This document shows positions 34,361 through 45,016 of a DNA stretch of 64,000 bases, in pieces (position 1 is the stretch's first letter; each line of letters begins with the position of its first letter). The position numbers and the translations under genes were made by a program. Below the pieces are notes generated by a model that searched no databases, was not told where the DNA came from, and saw only the letters and a list, made by a program, of their open reading frames with translations. The stretch is from positions 1 through 64,000 of the forward strand of contig JAJRSC010000005.1 in NCBI GenBank assembly GCA_024278985.1, in the 5' to 3' direction. The stretch comes from an archaeon (GTDB lineage: Archaea; AGJL01; Methanococci; Methanococcales; Methanocaldococcaceae).

Positions 34361-34810
34361 TTATTCTTTATCTACAACTTTTATAATAAACTTTAATTCT
34401 TTTCCAGCTAATTCATGATTAAAGTCTAAAATAACCTTATCGTCAGTTACTTTAATTATTTTTGCAGGAATACCATTTGCAAGAATATGCATTCCTTCCA
34501 TTGGTTCAAAATCAGCATCATTAAACATTTCTTTAGGAATTTCTTGAATTAAAGCTTCATCTCTTTCTCCATAACCTTTTTCTGGAGGAATAATTACAGT
34601 TTTTTCTTCACCTACTTCCATTCCAATAACTGCCTCTTCAAAACCTTCAATTAGATTACCTTCTCCAACAACAAACTCAACGGGTTTATATTCTCTATCT
34701 TCACTATATATATTATATTTTTTAGCAACTTCTTCTATAGAAGTATCTAAAACTTCTCCATCTACTTCTAATATATAATCTACCTTAACTTTATCTCCTT
34801 TATTTATCAA
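34361..34810 (-). CDS. FKBP-type peptidyl-prolyl isomerase (SlyD-like)
   Basis: [25 protein letters not shown]. Confidence 0.93.
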   Translation of the reverse strand: MINKGDKVKVDYILEVDGEVLDTSIEEVAKKYNIYSEDREYKPVEFVVGEGNLIEGFEEAVIGMEVGEEKTVIIPPEKGYGERDEALIQEIPKEMFNDADFEPMEGMHILANGIPAKIIKVTDDKVILDFNHELAGKELKFIIKVVDKE

Positions 34811-34975
34811 ATTTTCAACTCCTTACTATTTTAATATTTGTGTCTCTTGTCTATTGTATAAATAGTTTTCTAATAATTAAATAATTATATATTCATATAA
34901 ATTTTGAGAAAATTATTTATATAACATATTATGACATATATATATAGTTTTCGTAAAAGATATATAGGGGATTTT

Positions 34976-35179
34976 TTGAGAATAAAAATTCTCCATAAGA
35001 CTCCTAAAGGATTTTTAATAGGAAGAGGTAATGTAAGGGTAGGGTTAGATGTTTATTTTAAACATAAAAAAATTGGGAAAATTGTGGATATTTTTGGTCC
35101 TGTAAATTATCCATATGTAAAAATAAAACCATATAAAAATATAATTCCTGATTTTGTATATCTCAAAAATAAAAAGTGA
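34976..35179 (+). CDS. gar1: H/ACA RNP component Gar1
   Basis: [15 protein letters not shown] motif directly upstream of tfb; TTG start inferred. Confidence 0.85.
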   Translation: MRIKILHKTPKGFLIGRGNVRVGLDVYFKHKKIGKIVDIFGPVNYPYVKIKPYKNIIPDFVYLKNKK

Positions 35180-36138
35180 TGTTTATGGAATCTCTCCAAC
35201 TTAAAAAAGAAGAAAAAAAAGAAAATAATGAGGAAGAAATTGTTTGTCCTATTTGTGGAAGTAAAGAAATTATTAAAGATTATGAAAGGGCTGAAATTGT
35301 TTGTAAAGTATGTGGATGTGTTATTAAAGAAAATCTTTTTGATGAAGGGCCTGAATGGAGAGCATTTGACCATGAACAAAAAATAAAGAGATGTAGAGTT
35401 GGAGCTCCTATAACCTACACTATTCATGATAAGGGTCTCTCTACATCTATTGCATGGAAAAATAAAGATAGTTATGGTAAAGAAATATCAGCAAATAAAA
35501 AAGCTCAATTATATAGATTAAGAAAATGGCAAAGAAGATTAAGAGTTAATGATGCTTCAGAAAGAAACTTAGCCTTTGCTCTATCCCAGTTAGAAAGATT
35601 GGCATCTAAATTAAATCTTCCAAAACATGTTCATGAACATGCTGCAAGAATTTACAGAAATGCTGTTGAAAAAGGATTAATTAGAGGTAGAAGTATTGAG
35701 GGAGTAGTTACTGCTGCAATATATGCTGCTTGTAGAATGTGTAAAGTTCCAAGAACTTTAGATGAAATAGCAGAAGTTTCAAGAGTTGATAGAAAAGAAA
35801 TTGGTAGAACTTACAGATTTTTAGCAAGAGAGTTAGGTTTAAAATTAACTCCTACAAGTCCTATTGACTATGTTCCAAGATTTGCCTCTGAACTTGGACT
35901 ACCTGGAGAGGTTGAAAGTAAAGCCATACAAATATTAAAAAAAGCAGCTGAAAAAGGTTTAACAAGTGGTAGAGGACCTACAGGTGTAGCAGCAGCTGCA
36001 ATATATATTGCAAGTGTCTTATTAGGTTGTAGAAAAACCCAAAGAGAAGTTGCTGAAGTTGCAGGAGTTACTGAAGTAACAATTAGAAATAGATATAAAG
36101 AACTAACTGAACATTTAGATATTGATGTTACTTTATAA
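35176..36138 (+). CDS. tfb: Transcription initiation factor IIB
   Basis: Zn ribbon CPICG...CKVCG, GPEWRAF, cyclin repeats; no intein. Confidence 0.97.
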   Translation: MMFMESLQLKKEEKKENNEEEIVCPICGSKEIIKDYERAEIVCKVCGCVIKENLFDEGPEWRAFDHEQKIKRCRVGAPITYTIHDKGLSTSIAWKNKDSYGKEISANKKAQLYRLRKWQRRLRVNDASERNLAFALSQLERLASKLNLPKHVHEHAARIYRNAVEKGLIRGRSIEGVVTAAIYAACRMCKVPRTLDEIAEVSRVDRKEIGRTYRFLARELGLKLTPTSPIDYVPRFASELGLPGEVESKAIQILKKAAEKGLTSGRGPTGVAAAAIYIASVLLGCRKTQREVAEVAGVTEVTIRNRYKELTEHLDIDVTL

Positions 36139-36146
36139 GTGGGAAT

Positions 36147-38228
36147 ATGGGTATTCTTGATAAACTTGGAGGAGGAAAAAAACCACCTAAAAAGAAATTA
36201 GATATATTTAAAAAAAATATTGATATTATTGAAAAAGATATTCTAAAAGAAGAGACCTTTAATGAGTATATTTTGGATAAATATAATGTAAAGGTTGATG
36301 AAATAGAATTTGAGATTATTATTAAAAGATTAAATGGAGATACATTTTATTATATCCCAGAAATTGAGTATATAAATGAAGCATTATCCCATCTTTCAAA
36401 AGAAAACCTAAACTTATTAAAAATACAAATTGGAGAATTGGGATTAATAGAATATCAACAAATAAAAAATTATACTATTGATTTTTTATCAAGATATAAC
36501 CTAAAAGTTCCTTATCCTGAATCTTTGGCAAAGTTTATTTATCTTACATCTGGAAGATTAGGATTATTAGAGATTCCTTTAAATGATGATTTACTTGAGG
36601 AAGTCATGGTTAATGGTTATGATGTGCCTGCCTTTGTTTTCCACAGAAAGTTTCAGATGTGTGAAACAAATATAGTCTTAGATAGAAATGAAGTTAATAG
36701 AATTATTGAAAGCATATCTAACTTAGTAAATAGGCCAATTGACTCAAGAGTTCCAATGTTAGATGCGTTTTTACCTGATGGTAGTAGAGTTAATGCAACT
36801 CTACCAGATATAACATTAAATGGGGCTACATTAACTATAAGAAAATTTTCTAAAACCCCATTAACTGCTGTAGATTTACTTAAGTATGGAACTTTTAATC
36901 TCGATGTTGCAGCATTCTTATGGCAAGCTGTTGAGGGTTATTTTGGAGCTAAACCAGCAAATACATTAATAGCTGGAGGTACTGGTTCAGGAAAGACAAC
37001 TCTTTTAAATATATTATCAATGTTTGCCATGTACAATGAGAGGATTATAACCATTGAAGATACTCCAGAACTTCAAATTCCACATAAACATGTTATAAAA
37101 ATGGTTACTCGTCCGGCAAGGCCTGGAATGCCTGAATATGAAATTACTATGAACGATTTAATTAAAAACGCTCTAAGGATGAGACCAGATAGAATATTTG
37201 TCGGGGAGGTTAGAGGAGAGGAGGCGTATTCATTACTTGTCGCTATGAATACAGGACATGATGGGGCATTAACAAAAAATGAAAATATCTACTTATCAAA
37301 TGGAGAAACCATCCATATTAATAAATTTGATAGATTTTTTAAGGGAGAAAATTCAATTAAAGAAAATAATGGATTTGAGTGGGTAAATATAGCTGACAAA
37401 GAAATATTTATTAAAAGCTTTAATAAATCAACATTAAAAATGGAAGATAAGTTAATATCAAGAATTTGGAGAAAAAGATATTCTGGAGAAATGATTAGAA
37501 TAACAACAAAAACAGGAAGAAAAATAACATTAACTAAAGACCATCCTGTATATATATTAAAAAATAATATTATATTTGAAATAAATGCTGAATTTGTTAA
37601 AATAAATGATAGAATAGCTCTACCAGAGAGTCATGATAACTATAATACTCCAAATATATTCTGGGATAAAGTTGTCAATGTTGAAGCAATATATTACAAT
37701 GGCTATATTTATGATTTAACTGTTGAAGATAACCATACATATATAGCTGGAAGTTCTGGAGGATTTATGGTCTCAAATTGTTCAGGAACTTTACATGCTA
37801 ATAGTGCTGATGAAGCAATATTAAGATTAAAAAGTCCTCCTATGAATGTTCCAGAAATTATGATATCAGCTTTAGATTTTATTATAAATATTCAGAGAAT
37901 TAGGAGAGGTGGAAAAACATTAAGAAGAATTTTAGGAATTGTCGAAATAGTAAAAGGAGATAAAGGAGAGGTTGCTAAAACTACATTATATGAATATAAT
38001 GGACTTAAAGATACATTAGAAAGACGTGGAGTTTGTATTTGGGAAGAAGAGGTTTGTGATATTGCTGGAATTAAAAGAGAAGACTTATTAATGGATATAG
38101 AAAGAAGAAAAAGAGTATTAAAATATTTATTTGAAAAGAACATAAATAAGTTAGAAGATGTAGGGCATTATATAAAAGAATACCAAATAGATCCTGATGG
38201 TTTATTAACTAAACTTAAAGGAGCTTAA
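36147..38228 (+). CDS. Type IV pilus/secretion ATPase (KlbA/TadA/CpaF family), intein-containing
   Basis: GGTGSGKTT, IEDTPEL, LRMRPDRIFVGEVRG, MNTGHDG|intein|CSGTLHA. Confidence 0.93.
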   Translation: MGILDKLGGGKKPPKKKLDIFKKNIDIIEKDILKEETFNEYILDKYNVKVDEIEFEIIIKRLNGDTFYYIPEIEYINEALSHLSKENLNLLKIQIGELGLIEYQQIKNYTIDFLSRYNLKVPYPESLAKFIYLTSGRLGLLEIPLNDDLLEEVMVNGYDVPAFVFHRKFQMCETNIVLDRNEVNRIIESISNLVNRPIDSRVPMLDAFLPDGSRVNATLPDITLNGATLTIRKFSKTPLTAVDLLKYGTFNLDVAAFLWQAVEGYFGAKPANTLIAGGTGSGKTTLLNILSMFAMYNERIITIEDTPELQIPHKHVIKMVTRPARPGMPEYEITMNDLIKNALRMRPDRIFVGEVRGEEAYSLLVAMNTGHDGALTKNENIYLSNGETIHINKFDRFFKGENSIKENNGFEWVNIADKEIFIKSFNKSTLKMEDKLISRIWRKRYSGEMIRITTKTGRKITLTKDHPVYILKNNIIFEINAEFVKINDRIALPESHDNYNTPNIFWDKVVNVEAIYYNGYIYDLTVEDNHTYIAGSSGGFMVSNCSGTLHANSADEAILRLKSPPMNVPEIMISALDFIINIQRIRRGGKTLRRILGIVEIVKGDKGEVAKTTLYEYNGLKDTLERRGVCIWEEEVCDIAGIKREDLLMDIERRKRVLKYLFEKNINKLEDVGHYIKEYQIDPDGLLTKLKGA
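37266..37778 (+). mobile_element. Mini-intein, 171 aa, Ala at position 1 (KlbA-type, class 2)
   Basis: Starts ALTKNE after GHDG; block B TKDHPVY; block F IYDLTVEDNHTYIA; ends VSN before Cys+1; no endonuclease domain. Confidence 0.92.
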
Positions 38229-38229
38229 T

Positions 38230-39240
38230 ATGAACATAAAAAAGATTATTTTAAAGATAAAACTAATATTATATAAATTTGGAATAATTTATTTAGACCC
38301 TAAAACACTAAAAGAAATTAAAGAATATCTAAAAGAAGATAATAAAAAAACAGAAGCTGAAACTTTTAGAATTACTACAGAATATATAAGTGTTCAAGAA
38401 TTAGATAAGGAAATTGAAGAGATACTATTTTCTAATGAAATTGTAGATAAACCAATTAAAACACTAATTGAAGAACTAAAAAAACGTAAAATTTTTGATA
38501 AAAGACTATTAATCTATATTGGTTATGAAGATGAAATAAAATATTTTAAAGTTGTTATTTTTTATAGCTTAATAGCATTTTTCTTAGTGTTTTTTTTTAA
38601 TGCCTTAGGTAATAATATTATAGGAGGAATATTTGAGGGAATTTTTGCTGGAGTAATAACAATAATATTGGCTATTTTTTATCCAAGGTTAAAACTTATA
38701 ATATTTAAAGGGGAAATTAAATTACAGATACTTTTTACTACAATATTTATAATATCTATCCTTAGAGCTGGAGCTTCAATTATGGAAGCTTTTGGAAGAA
38801 TTGCTTCTTCTAAAGAGTTTGGTATTCTACACTATGAATTTAAAGAAATATTAAAAGATATTAATTTTGGATATACAATAGTTGAAGCATTAAATAGAGC
38901 AAAGAAAAGAACAGAGTTTCCATTATTAAAAATATTTTATGACCAATTAATTATTGGATATAATAAGGGAAATCTTGATTTATTATTAGAAAAATTTTAT
39001 GAGGAGATTGTAAGGGAATCCTTAGCAAAATTAGATTCTTCAAAATTTATGATTCAAAATTTAGGAAATCTTGCATTTGGTACTGGAATCATATTACCAT
39101 TTAGTGGTATGATAATTTCCACAATGATGGCAAATCAAGGGGTTGCAGGAGTTATATCAACACTTAATTTATTACTAACAAAAATAGGCCCTATGCTAAC
39201 TCTAATATTTAGTATTTTAGTTAAAATAAAGATTGAGTGA
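38230..39240 (+). CDS. Type II secretion/TadC-like membrane platform protein
   Basis: LRAGASIMEAF...EFKEILKDINFG GspF-like pattern with TM helices. Confidence 0.82.
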   Translation: MNIKKIILKIKLILYKFGIIYLDPKTLKEIKEYLKEDNKKTEAETFRITTEYISVQELDKEIEEILFSNEIVDKPIKTLIEELKKRKIFDKRLLIYIGYEDEIKYFKVVIFYSLIAFFLVFFFNALGNNIIGGIFEGIFAGVITIILAIFYPRLKLIIFKGEIKLQILFTTIFIISILRAGASIMEAFGRIASSKEFGILHYEFKEILKDINFGYTIVEALNRAKKRTEFPLLKIFYDQLIIGYNKGNLDLLLEKFYEEIVRESLAKLDSSKFMIQNLGNLAFGTGIILPFSGMIISTMMANQGVAGVISTLNLLLTKIGPMLTLIFSILVKIKIE

Positions 39241-40153
39241 TAAATTTATGGATATTAAAGAATTATTTGGAATGTTATACAATTTTTTAATATATAGAAA
39301 TATTATATACCTAAAAAAATCAGGTAAAAATATTAATGAATATATGTATTTGGTTATTGTAATAGTAATTATATTATTTAGTGTATTTTTAGGACTATAT
39401 TTTTCATTAAGTATAAGGGGAATTGTGTTTTTAATTTTTATATATCTTGGAGCTGCATTTTCACTACCTAAAATATGGTATGAGAATTTAATAGAAAAAA
39501 TAGAAAAAAACATTCCTAAAGCATTATATATTATGATTATTACATTAGAATCTGGAAGGTCTATAAATGAAGCATTGGAGGAAGTTGTAAAAAGTAATAT
39601 AAAAGGTGTCAGTCCAATATTTAATAAAGTTCTTTTATTAATGGAAAAACAAAAGTTAAGATTTGAAGAAGCCATAACCTTGGTCTCAAGCTTTTATGAC
39701 TCTCTAATATTAAGAATGCTAACAAGGATAATTATAGAAAATAAAAAGTATGGTGGAGATTTAGCAAATTCTTTAAGAATTTTAGCTAAAACTCTTGAAA
39801 ACTTTAGTTTATATAAAAGACAGTTGTTAAGTGTAACTGCCTCTGGAATTGCTACTGGGATAGTTATTTTATGTTTAGTAGTTCCTGCAATTGGTGGATT
39901 ACTTGGAGGATATATCTCAGCTATTTCTGTATATATGTCAGAAATTGGAAAAGGAACCTTACAAAATCCTAAGTTATTCTCTGTTGGTTTGGAAATAGTT
40001 GAATTCGGAACTGCAATAATTGGAAGCTTAATGGCTATTGCCATTTTTGGAATTAAATTAGAAAGAATGTTTTTAGTTGCTGCAATAACTATGACTGTTG
40101 GGATGATTGCATATTACGGATTATATAAAGCAGCTGGATTTATCTTTACATAA
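39233..40153 (+). CDS. Type II secretion/TadB-C-like membrane platform protein
   Basis: IEKNIPKAL...LESGRSINEAL...GGDLANSL; GTG start. Confidence 0.85.
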   Translation: MSDKFMDIKELFGMLYNFLIYRNIIYLKKSGKNINEYMYLVIVIVIILFSVFLGLYFSLSIRGIVFLIFIYLGAAFSLPKIWYENLIEKIEKNIPKALYIMIITLESGRSINEALEEVVKSNIKGVSPIFNKVLLLMEKQKLRFEEAITLVSSFYDSLILRMLTRIIIENKKYGGDLANSLRILAKTLENFSLYKRQLLSVTASGIATGIVILCLVVPAIGGLLGGYISAISVYMSEIGKGTLQNPKLFSVGLEIVEFGTAIIGSLMAIAIFGIKLERMFLVAAITMTVGMIAYYGLYKAAGFIFT

Positions 40154-40645
40154 ACTATTTATTTCATCATTTAATTTTAATATCCTCAAAATTGTTTCTC
40201 TTGTTGCTCCTCTATTTTTAAATTTTTCTATTACTTTATCAATTTCAACTCTTTTATTACCAAAAATTAAATTATCTGCATGAGCAACTATTTTTTCCTC
40301 TAATGTTATAGGAATATAATCCTTATAGGGTAATCCAAAATTTAAAGCCTCCTTCTTAGTTAATCCTGCTCCTATATGTCTCTCTGCTATTAAAACAATC
40401 TCCTTAGGAAATCCATATTCTTCTAAAATTATTCCTCCTATGATACCATGCTCTATAGTATGGGTTTTACTCCTTCCAATATCATGTAATAAAGCTCCAA
40501 CTTTAACAAGTTTAGTATCTACATCATAACCATTATTTTTTATTATTAATGATAACTCATAGGCATATTCAGAAACTGCTAAACAGTGTTTTACAACTTC
40601 TTCATCACATAATTCTTTTAATAGTTTTAGAGCCCTAAAAAACAT
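40121..40645 (-). CDS. HDIG-domain metal-dependent phosphohydrolase
   Basis: HCLAV, LLHDIGR, ERHIGAG, AHADNL. Confidence 0.9.
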   Translation of the reverse strand: MFFRALKLLKELCDEEVVKHCLAVSEYAYELSLIIKNNGYDVDTKLVKVGALLHDIGRSKTHTIEHGIIGGIILEEYGFPKEIVLIAERHIGAGLTKKEALNFGLPYKDYIPITLEEKIVAHADNLIFGNKRVEIDKVIEKFKNRGATRETILRILKLNDEINSLCKDKSSCFI

Positions 40646-40649
40646 AATC

Positions 40650-41204
40650 TCATTGATTTAAGAATTTGTTTTTTTTTAATTCTTCTTCTAAAAATTTTAT
40701 ATATTCCTCTAACTCTTTGATTATTGAAGAGTTATCAAACTCCTTTAACATAGCCCCACAGCTTGGACAAATAAAGTTATAATCCATAGCCTCATCAAAT
40801 GTAAATCTTATATTACATTTATCACAATAGAAAAATATGTTATTTTTTTCAAATTCTAATTTTTCTTTTAGAGATTTTAAAAGTTCATTTATTTTTTTTC
40901 TTGCTGTGTAAGGTAATTTTTCTAATGTTGGTTTCCATGTGTAGTAAAACCAATTTCTATCTTCTTCTTTCCATTTTTTATAATCAACTAATCTTGCCTC
41001 ATACAACTTATATAATAATTTCCTCAGAGTATTTAATTTTATATTCAACTCTTTGGCAAGTTCATCCTCAGTAGTTTCTCCTTTTCTAAGCATAACTTCA
41101 ATTAACTCATATCCTTTTTCATCTCCTTCAAATATATTATATAAAACCTCCTGAATTAATGGGTCTGAAAGCATTTCATATATTTTTTCTTTATTTAACT
41201 TCAT
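40650..41204 (-). CDS. tfe: Transcription factor E
   Basis: wHTH RKLLYKLY...WFYYTW plus CDKC...CPSCG Zn ribbon. Confidence 0.94.
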   Translation of the reverse strand: MKLNKEKIYEMLSDPLIQEVLYNIFEGDEKGYELIEVMLRKGETTEDELAKELNIKLNTLRKLLYKLYEARLVDYKKWKEEDRNWFYYTWKPTLEKLPYTARKKINELLKSLKEKLEFEKNNIFFYCDKCNIRFTFDEAMDYNFICPSCGAMLKEFDNSSIIKELEEYIKFLEEELKKNKFLNQ

Positions 41205-42241
41205 ATTATCTCCATTTTTATTTTTTCTTTTAGAAGTTTATGTTTATTTTCTGTAATTATTGTTGTAATTGGATTATTTTTTCTTATTATTGCTCCATTT
41301 TTTGGTAAATCATAAAAATATTTCATTCTTGGGACATAATATTTTCCACTACTTTTTGCAAAGATTACCCTCTTTATAATTCTTTTTTTAGGTTTAACAG
41401 GATGATTTTTTAAGATTGACAAGGCAATATTTTGATTAGAACATATTTCAATTGAGTCATAAGTTCCTAAAATTCTTGGATTTATATCTATAATATATGG
41501 ATTATTATCCTTAATTAAGAAATCAAAACCATTCATTCCTCTTAAATCAAATATGTTTATTAAATCTTCAAATATTTTAATAAATTCCTTTTTGAGAGAA
41601 TAAGGGACAATATTCCCAGCATAGATTCCATTAAATAATATTTGTTTATTAAATGTTATAAAACTATTGTTAATAAAGTTAATACTAAAACTGCCTCCTG
41701 GAATATACTCCTGAGCTAATATTGGAAAAGAAATATTTTTTTTTAAAGTATTTAGCTCATCATTTAAAGATATCTTAATAACACCCTTACCATTTAATGG
41801 CTTTAAAACAATCTTTTTATGCTCATCTAAGAATTTTATAAGTTGTTTAAAACTATTTATTTTTTTATATGTGGGAACAAAATAACCAAGATTATAGAGT
41901 TTTTTATAAATATATAATTTATTACTAAGGTTATATATAGTTTTTGGAGAATTTCCAACTATATTCCAATTAACTTTTTTATAGTAATTTTCAAAAACTC
42001 CTGAAGTTATAAATACATAATCAACATCATCAGCTAATTCATCAGCTTTATTAATTAAATCCTTCTCATTAAAATTTTCCCAAAAATTACCATGATTATC
42101 TTTATTAATAAAATAATATTTTTCATCAGCTTTTAAATCCTCTGGACAGTAATAGGAAACTGATATAACATAATATCCTAATTCCTTTAATGAATTTACT
42201 ACTGCTCTTGTATTTATTCCAACTACTAAAACTTTCTTCAT
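41201..42241 (-). CDS. ATP-grasp family protein
   Basis: LKPLNG, QEYIPG, GFDF, DINPR. Confidence 0.85.
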   Translation of the reverse strand: MKKVLVVGINTRAVVNSLKELGYYVISVSYYCPEDLKADEKYYFINKDNHGNFWENFNEKDLINKADELADDVDYVFITSGVFENYYKKVNWNIVGNSPKTIYNLSNKLYIYKKLYNLGYFVPTYKKINSFKQLIKFLDEHKKIVLKPLNGKGVIKISLNDELNTLKKNISFPILAQEYIPGGSFSINFINNSFITFNKQILFNGIYAGNIVPYSLKKEFIKIFEDLINIFDLRGMNGFDFLIKDNNPYIIDINPRILGTYDSIEICSNQNIALSILKNHPVKPKKRIIKRVIFAKSSGKYYVPRMKYFYDLPKNGAIIRKNNPITTIITENKHKLLKEKIKMEII

Positions 42242-43170
42242 AATAGTTCCTTTCTAAGTTCTCCTAAGGTAGTATTTATTTCAGCAAAAGCATTATGCCT
42301 ATGAATACTCTCAAAATTTATCTGTTTTATATGAACTTTTGTTTCATCTGGTAGATGGTTGAATTTTTTAACAATTCTGTTTGCCATTTCCCTAACACAA
42401 TCCTCTACAAATTTAGGGTTAGTATGGCTTTTTTTAACAACATATGCCTCATCTACTCTCTTCAATATTCCATAAATTTCTGCACTCATTGAATTTTTTA
42501 TTATATTAATAATATCTAAAATCTCAACATAATAATCTTCTGGAATTTCAAGAATTATTTTTCCAATTCCTCTTTGGTTGTGGGTTGCAAAAATAACACT
42601 ATCCAATATTTTTAAAATATCCTCATCACTAAATCCTTTATTTTTTAAATTTTCAATACATATTTCTTTTATTAAGTTCTGAGCACATGGGCATGCAGTT
42701 ATTCCAACAACTTCTGCTCCTACTATTTTAGTAATCTTTAAATTATCATTTTCTTTAATTCCTTTAGCCCCTCCAATTATTTTATGAACTTCTTGAGAGA
42801 TTTTTTTTGAGATTGGACTCTTTTCTTCTAACATAAAATCACTAATCATTAACACCTCAGCCCTATTTGCATATTCATGTTTCTTAAACAATCTTTTAAC
42901 AATTTCCTCACATATTGTTTCCATTTCATAACTCTCCATTTTTAATGCTTCATCAATTATTTCCTCTATAACTTCTGGATGCCTTGACATATGTATTCCT
43001 TTTTGGGAACTTGGTAAATTAACAGAAACATCAAAGGTTGGAAGTAATATTATAGGTCTTTTTCCATTTCTTTTTATTCTAACAAGTTTTTTTAAATTAG
43101 ATATACCAACCTTTGTTAAGGATATTTTTATATCTGGTTCTATATTTTGTATATCACATTTCCAATTCAT
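42238..43170 (-). CDS. mptA: GTP cyclohydrolase MptA (FolE2 family)
   Basis: KGIHMSR, TACPCA, THNQR, NPKFVEDCVR, ESIHRH. Confidence 0.94.
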   Translation of the reverse strand: MNWKCDIQNIEPDIKISLTKVGISNLKKLVRIKRNGKRPIILLPTFDVSVNLPSSQKGIHMSRHPEVIEEIIDEALKMESYEMETICEEIVKRLFKKHEYANRAEVLMISDFMLEEKSPISKKISQEVHKIIGGAKGIKENDNLKITKIVGAEVVGITACPCAQNLIKEICIENLKNKGFSDEDILKILDSVIFATHNQRGIGKIILEIPEDYYVEILDIINIIKNSMSAEIYGILKRVDEAYVVKKSHTNPKFVEDCVREMANRIVKKFNHLPDETKVHIKQINFESIHRHNAFAEINTTLGELRKELL

Positions 43171-44383
43171 TTTTATCCCCTAATAAAACATCAATTAACT
43201 CTCTTGATAGTCTATAATAAACATTGTTTCCTTTTCTTTCTTTATAAATATATCCCATTTCATAAATATCTGAAAGATGTGTTCCAATAGTTCCAGGAGA
43301 TTTTTTTAAATATTCTGAAAGTTGTGTTACTGTTGTACTACCTCCAAGTTTTGCCATAGCCTTAACAATTTCAGATTGAGCAGGAGTTAAATGGTTTAAA
43401 ATCTGATGTCCAATACTTATTCCCAAAGAATGTATTGCTTCACTAACAATTTTCTCATCTATTTTATTTAAGTTCTTTTTTATAGCTATTGATATAGATT
43501 CTGAACATGTCATTATTATTTTTCTTGGTATCCCATCACATAATTCAACAATTTTATCAATTGCCTCTCTAGTAAATGGTTCAAATTCTTCAGCCCCTTC
43601 TATATGAGCATCTTCTAATCTTCTCCTAATTAAGTCATATGATTCTTCTGTTGAAAGAGGAGGCATATTTATAATCTTTGGAATTCTATCCTTTATAGGT
43701 GGAGATATTTTAGTTAGGTCTTCCATCAATGTTGGAGAACCTGCTAAGAATGTTAATATTCCTTCTTCATATAAAAAAGAATGGAAAAATTGTAAGAGTG
43801 ATAAACAACTTTTCTTAGCAAATTGGTCAGCTTCATCTATTAAGATTATACATAATTTATTCCTATCTTTAACTTCATTAATTAAAAATTCTAAATCCCT
43901 CTCTATTCTCTCTCTTGGATAATGTATAGGAACTTTATCTCCATAGTTGTTTAATTTTTTGTACATATCAATTATTTTAGAGGAATACTCCAAATAATCA
44001 GATTTTATTGTTCCATTTATTGTAAATAAATTTTCTGTTAAAATATTGTATAGTAATTGGATTAAAAACTGTCTTGGAGTTATTTGTGATGCTGTAAGTT
44101 CTACGACCCAATGACCTTGTTTTTTTGTAGCATAGTATATAATATTAAGCATTGAACTTTTACCAATTCCTTTAGTTCCTACAATTGCTGCATTGGCAAC
44201 ACTACCATGCATTGCTGACCCTAAAATTTCTCCAATTTCTCTTAACTCACTAACCCTTCCAACAAAAAATTTTGTGTTTCCTCTAATAGGCTTTTCTGAA
44301 AATGGATTATACTTTAATTTAAGTTTATGCATAGTGTTTGTTATCGACCTTGCCGATTCTTGTATAAATTCAATTGGGTCCAT
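43154..44383 (-). CDS. AAA+ ATPase with C-terminal wHTH, distant Orc1/Cdc6-like
   Basis: FVGR, Walker A GTKGIGKS, Walker B LIDEAD, DGIPR lid, C-terminal wHTH. Confidence 0.85.
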   Translation of the reverse strand: MDPIEFIQESARSITNTMHKLKLKYNPFSEKPIRGNTKFFVGRVSELREIGEILGSAMHGSVANAAIVGTKGIGKSSMLNIIYYATKKQGHWVVELTASQITPRQFLIQLLYNILTENLFTINGTIKSDYLEYSSKIIDMYKKLNNYGDKVPIHYPRERIERDLEFLINEVKDRNKLCIILIDEADQFAKKSCLSLLQFFHSFLYEEGILTFLAGSPTLMEDLTKISPPIKDRIPKIINMPPLSTEESYDLIRRRLEDAHIEGAEEFEPFTREAIDKIVELCDGIPRKIIMTCSESISIAIKKNLNKIDEKIVSEAIHSLGISIGHQILNHLTPAQSEIVKAMAKLGGSTTVTQLSEYLKKSPGTIGTHLSDIYEMGYIYKERKGNNVYYRLSRELIDVLLGDKNELEM

Positions 44384-45004
44384 AAACTCACCACTAAATT
44401 ACTATCGTAATTAGAATATATGCACTTCGAAAATTAGAAACTTTCTATTTTAGAATTTCGTCAATTAACTAAATTTAAATCTATAAAATAATTTTTTATT
44501 TCTTTTAAAAACGTGAATATAATTTTATTACATTAAAAATATTGTGAATATAATTTTATTTTTTTGTATTTTATATTAATAATCCCTCAGAAATAAACTT
44601 TAATAATTTTACAATAAATATATAAACTATTCTTATGAAATAAAGTTTTTTTTAATTCTTCTCATGAGAATAAAAAATACATAAGTAAATATAAATTATC
44701 ATGAATCTAACATTTTTATAATATATAAACTATGAATCAAATTTTATTATAGTTATAACAAGTATAAAATATCTGAGATAAAAATAAAATAAAAAAAGAA
44801 ATCATTTTATATTAGAAATTATGTTGAGTTTTATCAAATCTATAAAAAATTGAAAATTATTTTCAATATTAACATAGTAATAAAAATCCATAAATTTATG
44901 ATAGTAAATTATAATATGAATCTAAAGGTATTTATATGATAAAAAGAAAAAATAATTGAGCAACTGTAAAGATAAAATATAAAATTTTATTAAAAAAATA
45001 AAAA
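44384..45004. other. AT-rich intergenic region with direct repeats (divergent promoters / candidate origin region)
   Basis: GTGAATATAATTTTATT x2 (44513, 44544); AATATATAAACTAT x2 (44617, 44720); palindrome TTCTCATGAGAA at 44659-44670. Confidence 0.55.
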
Positions 45005-45016
45005 TTGGTGATTAAT

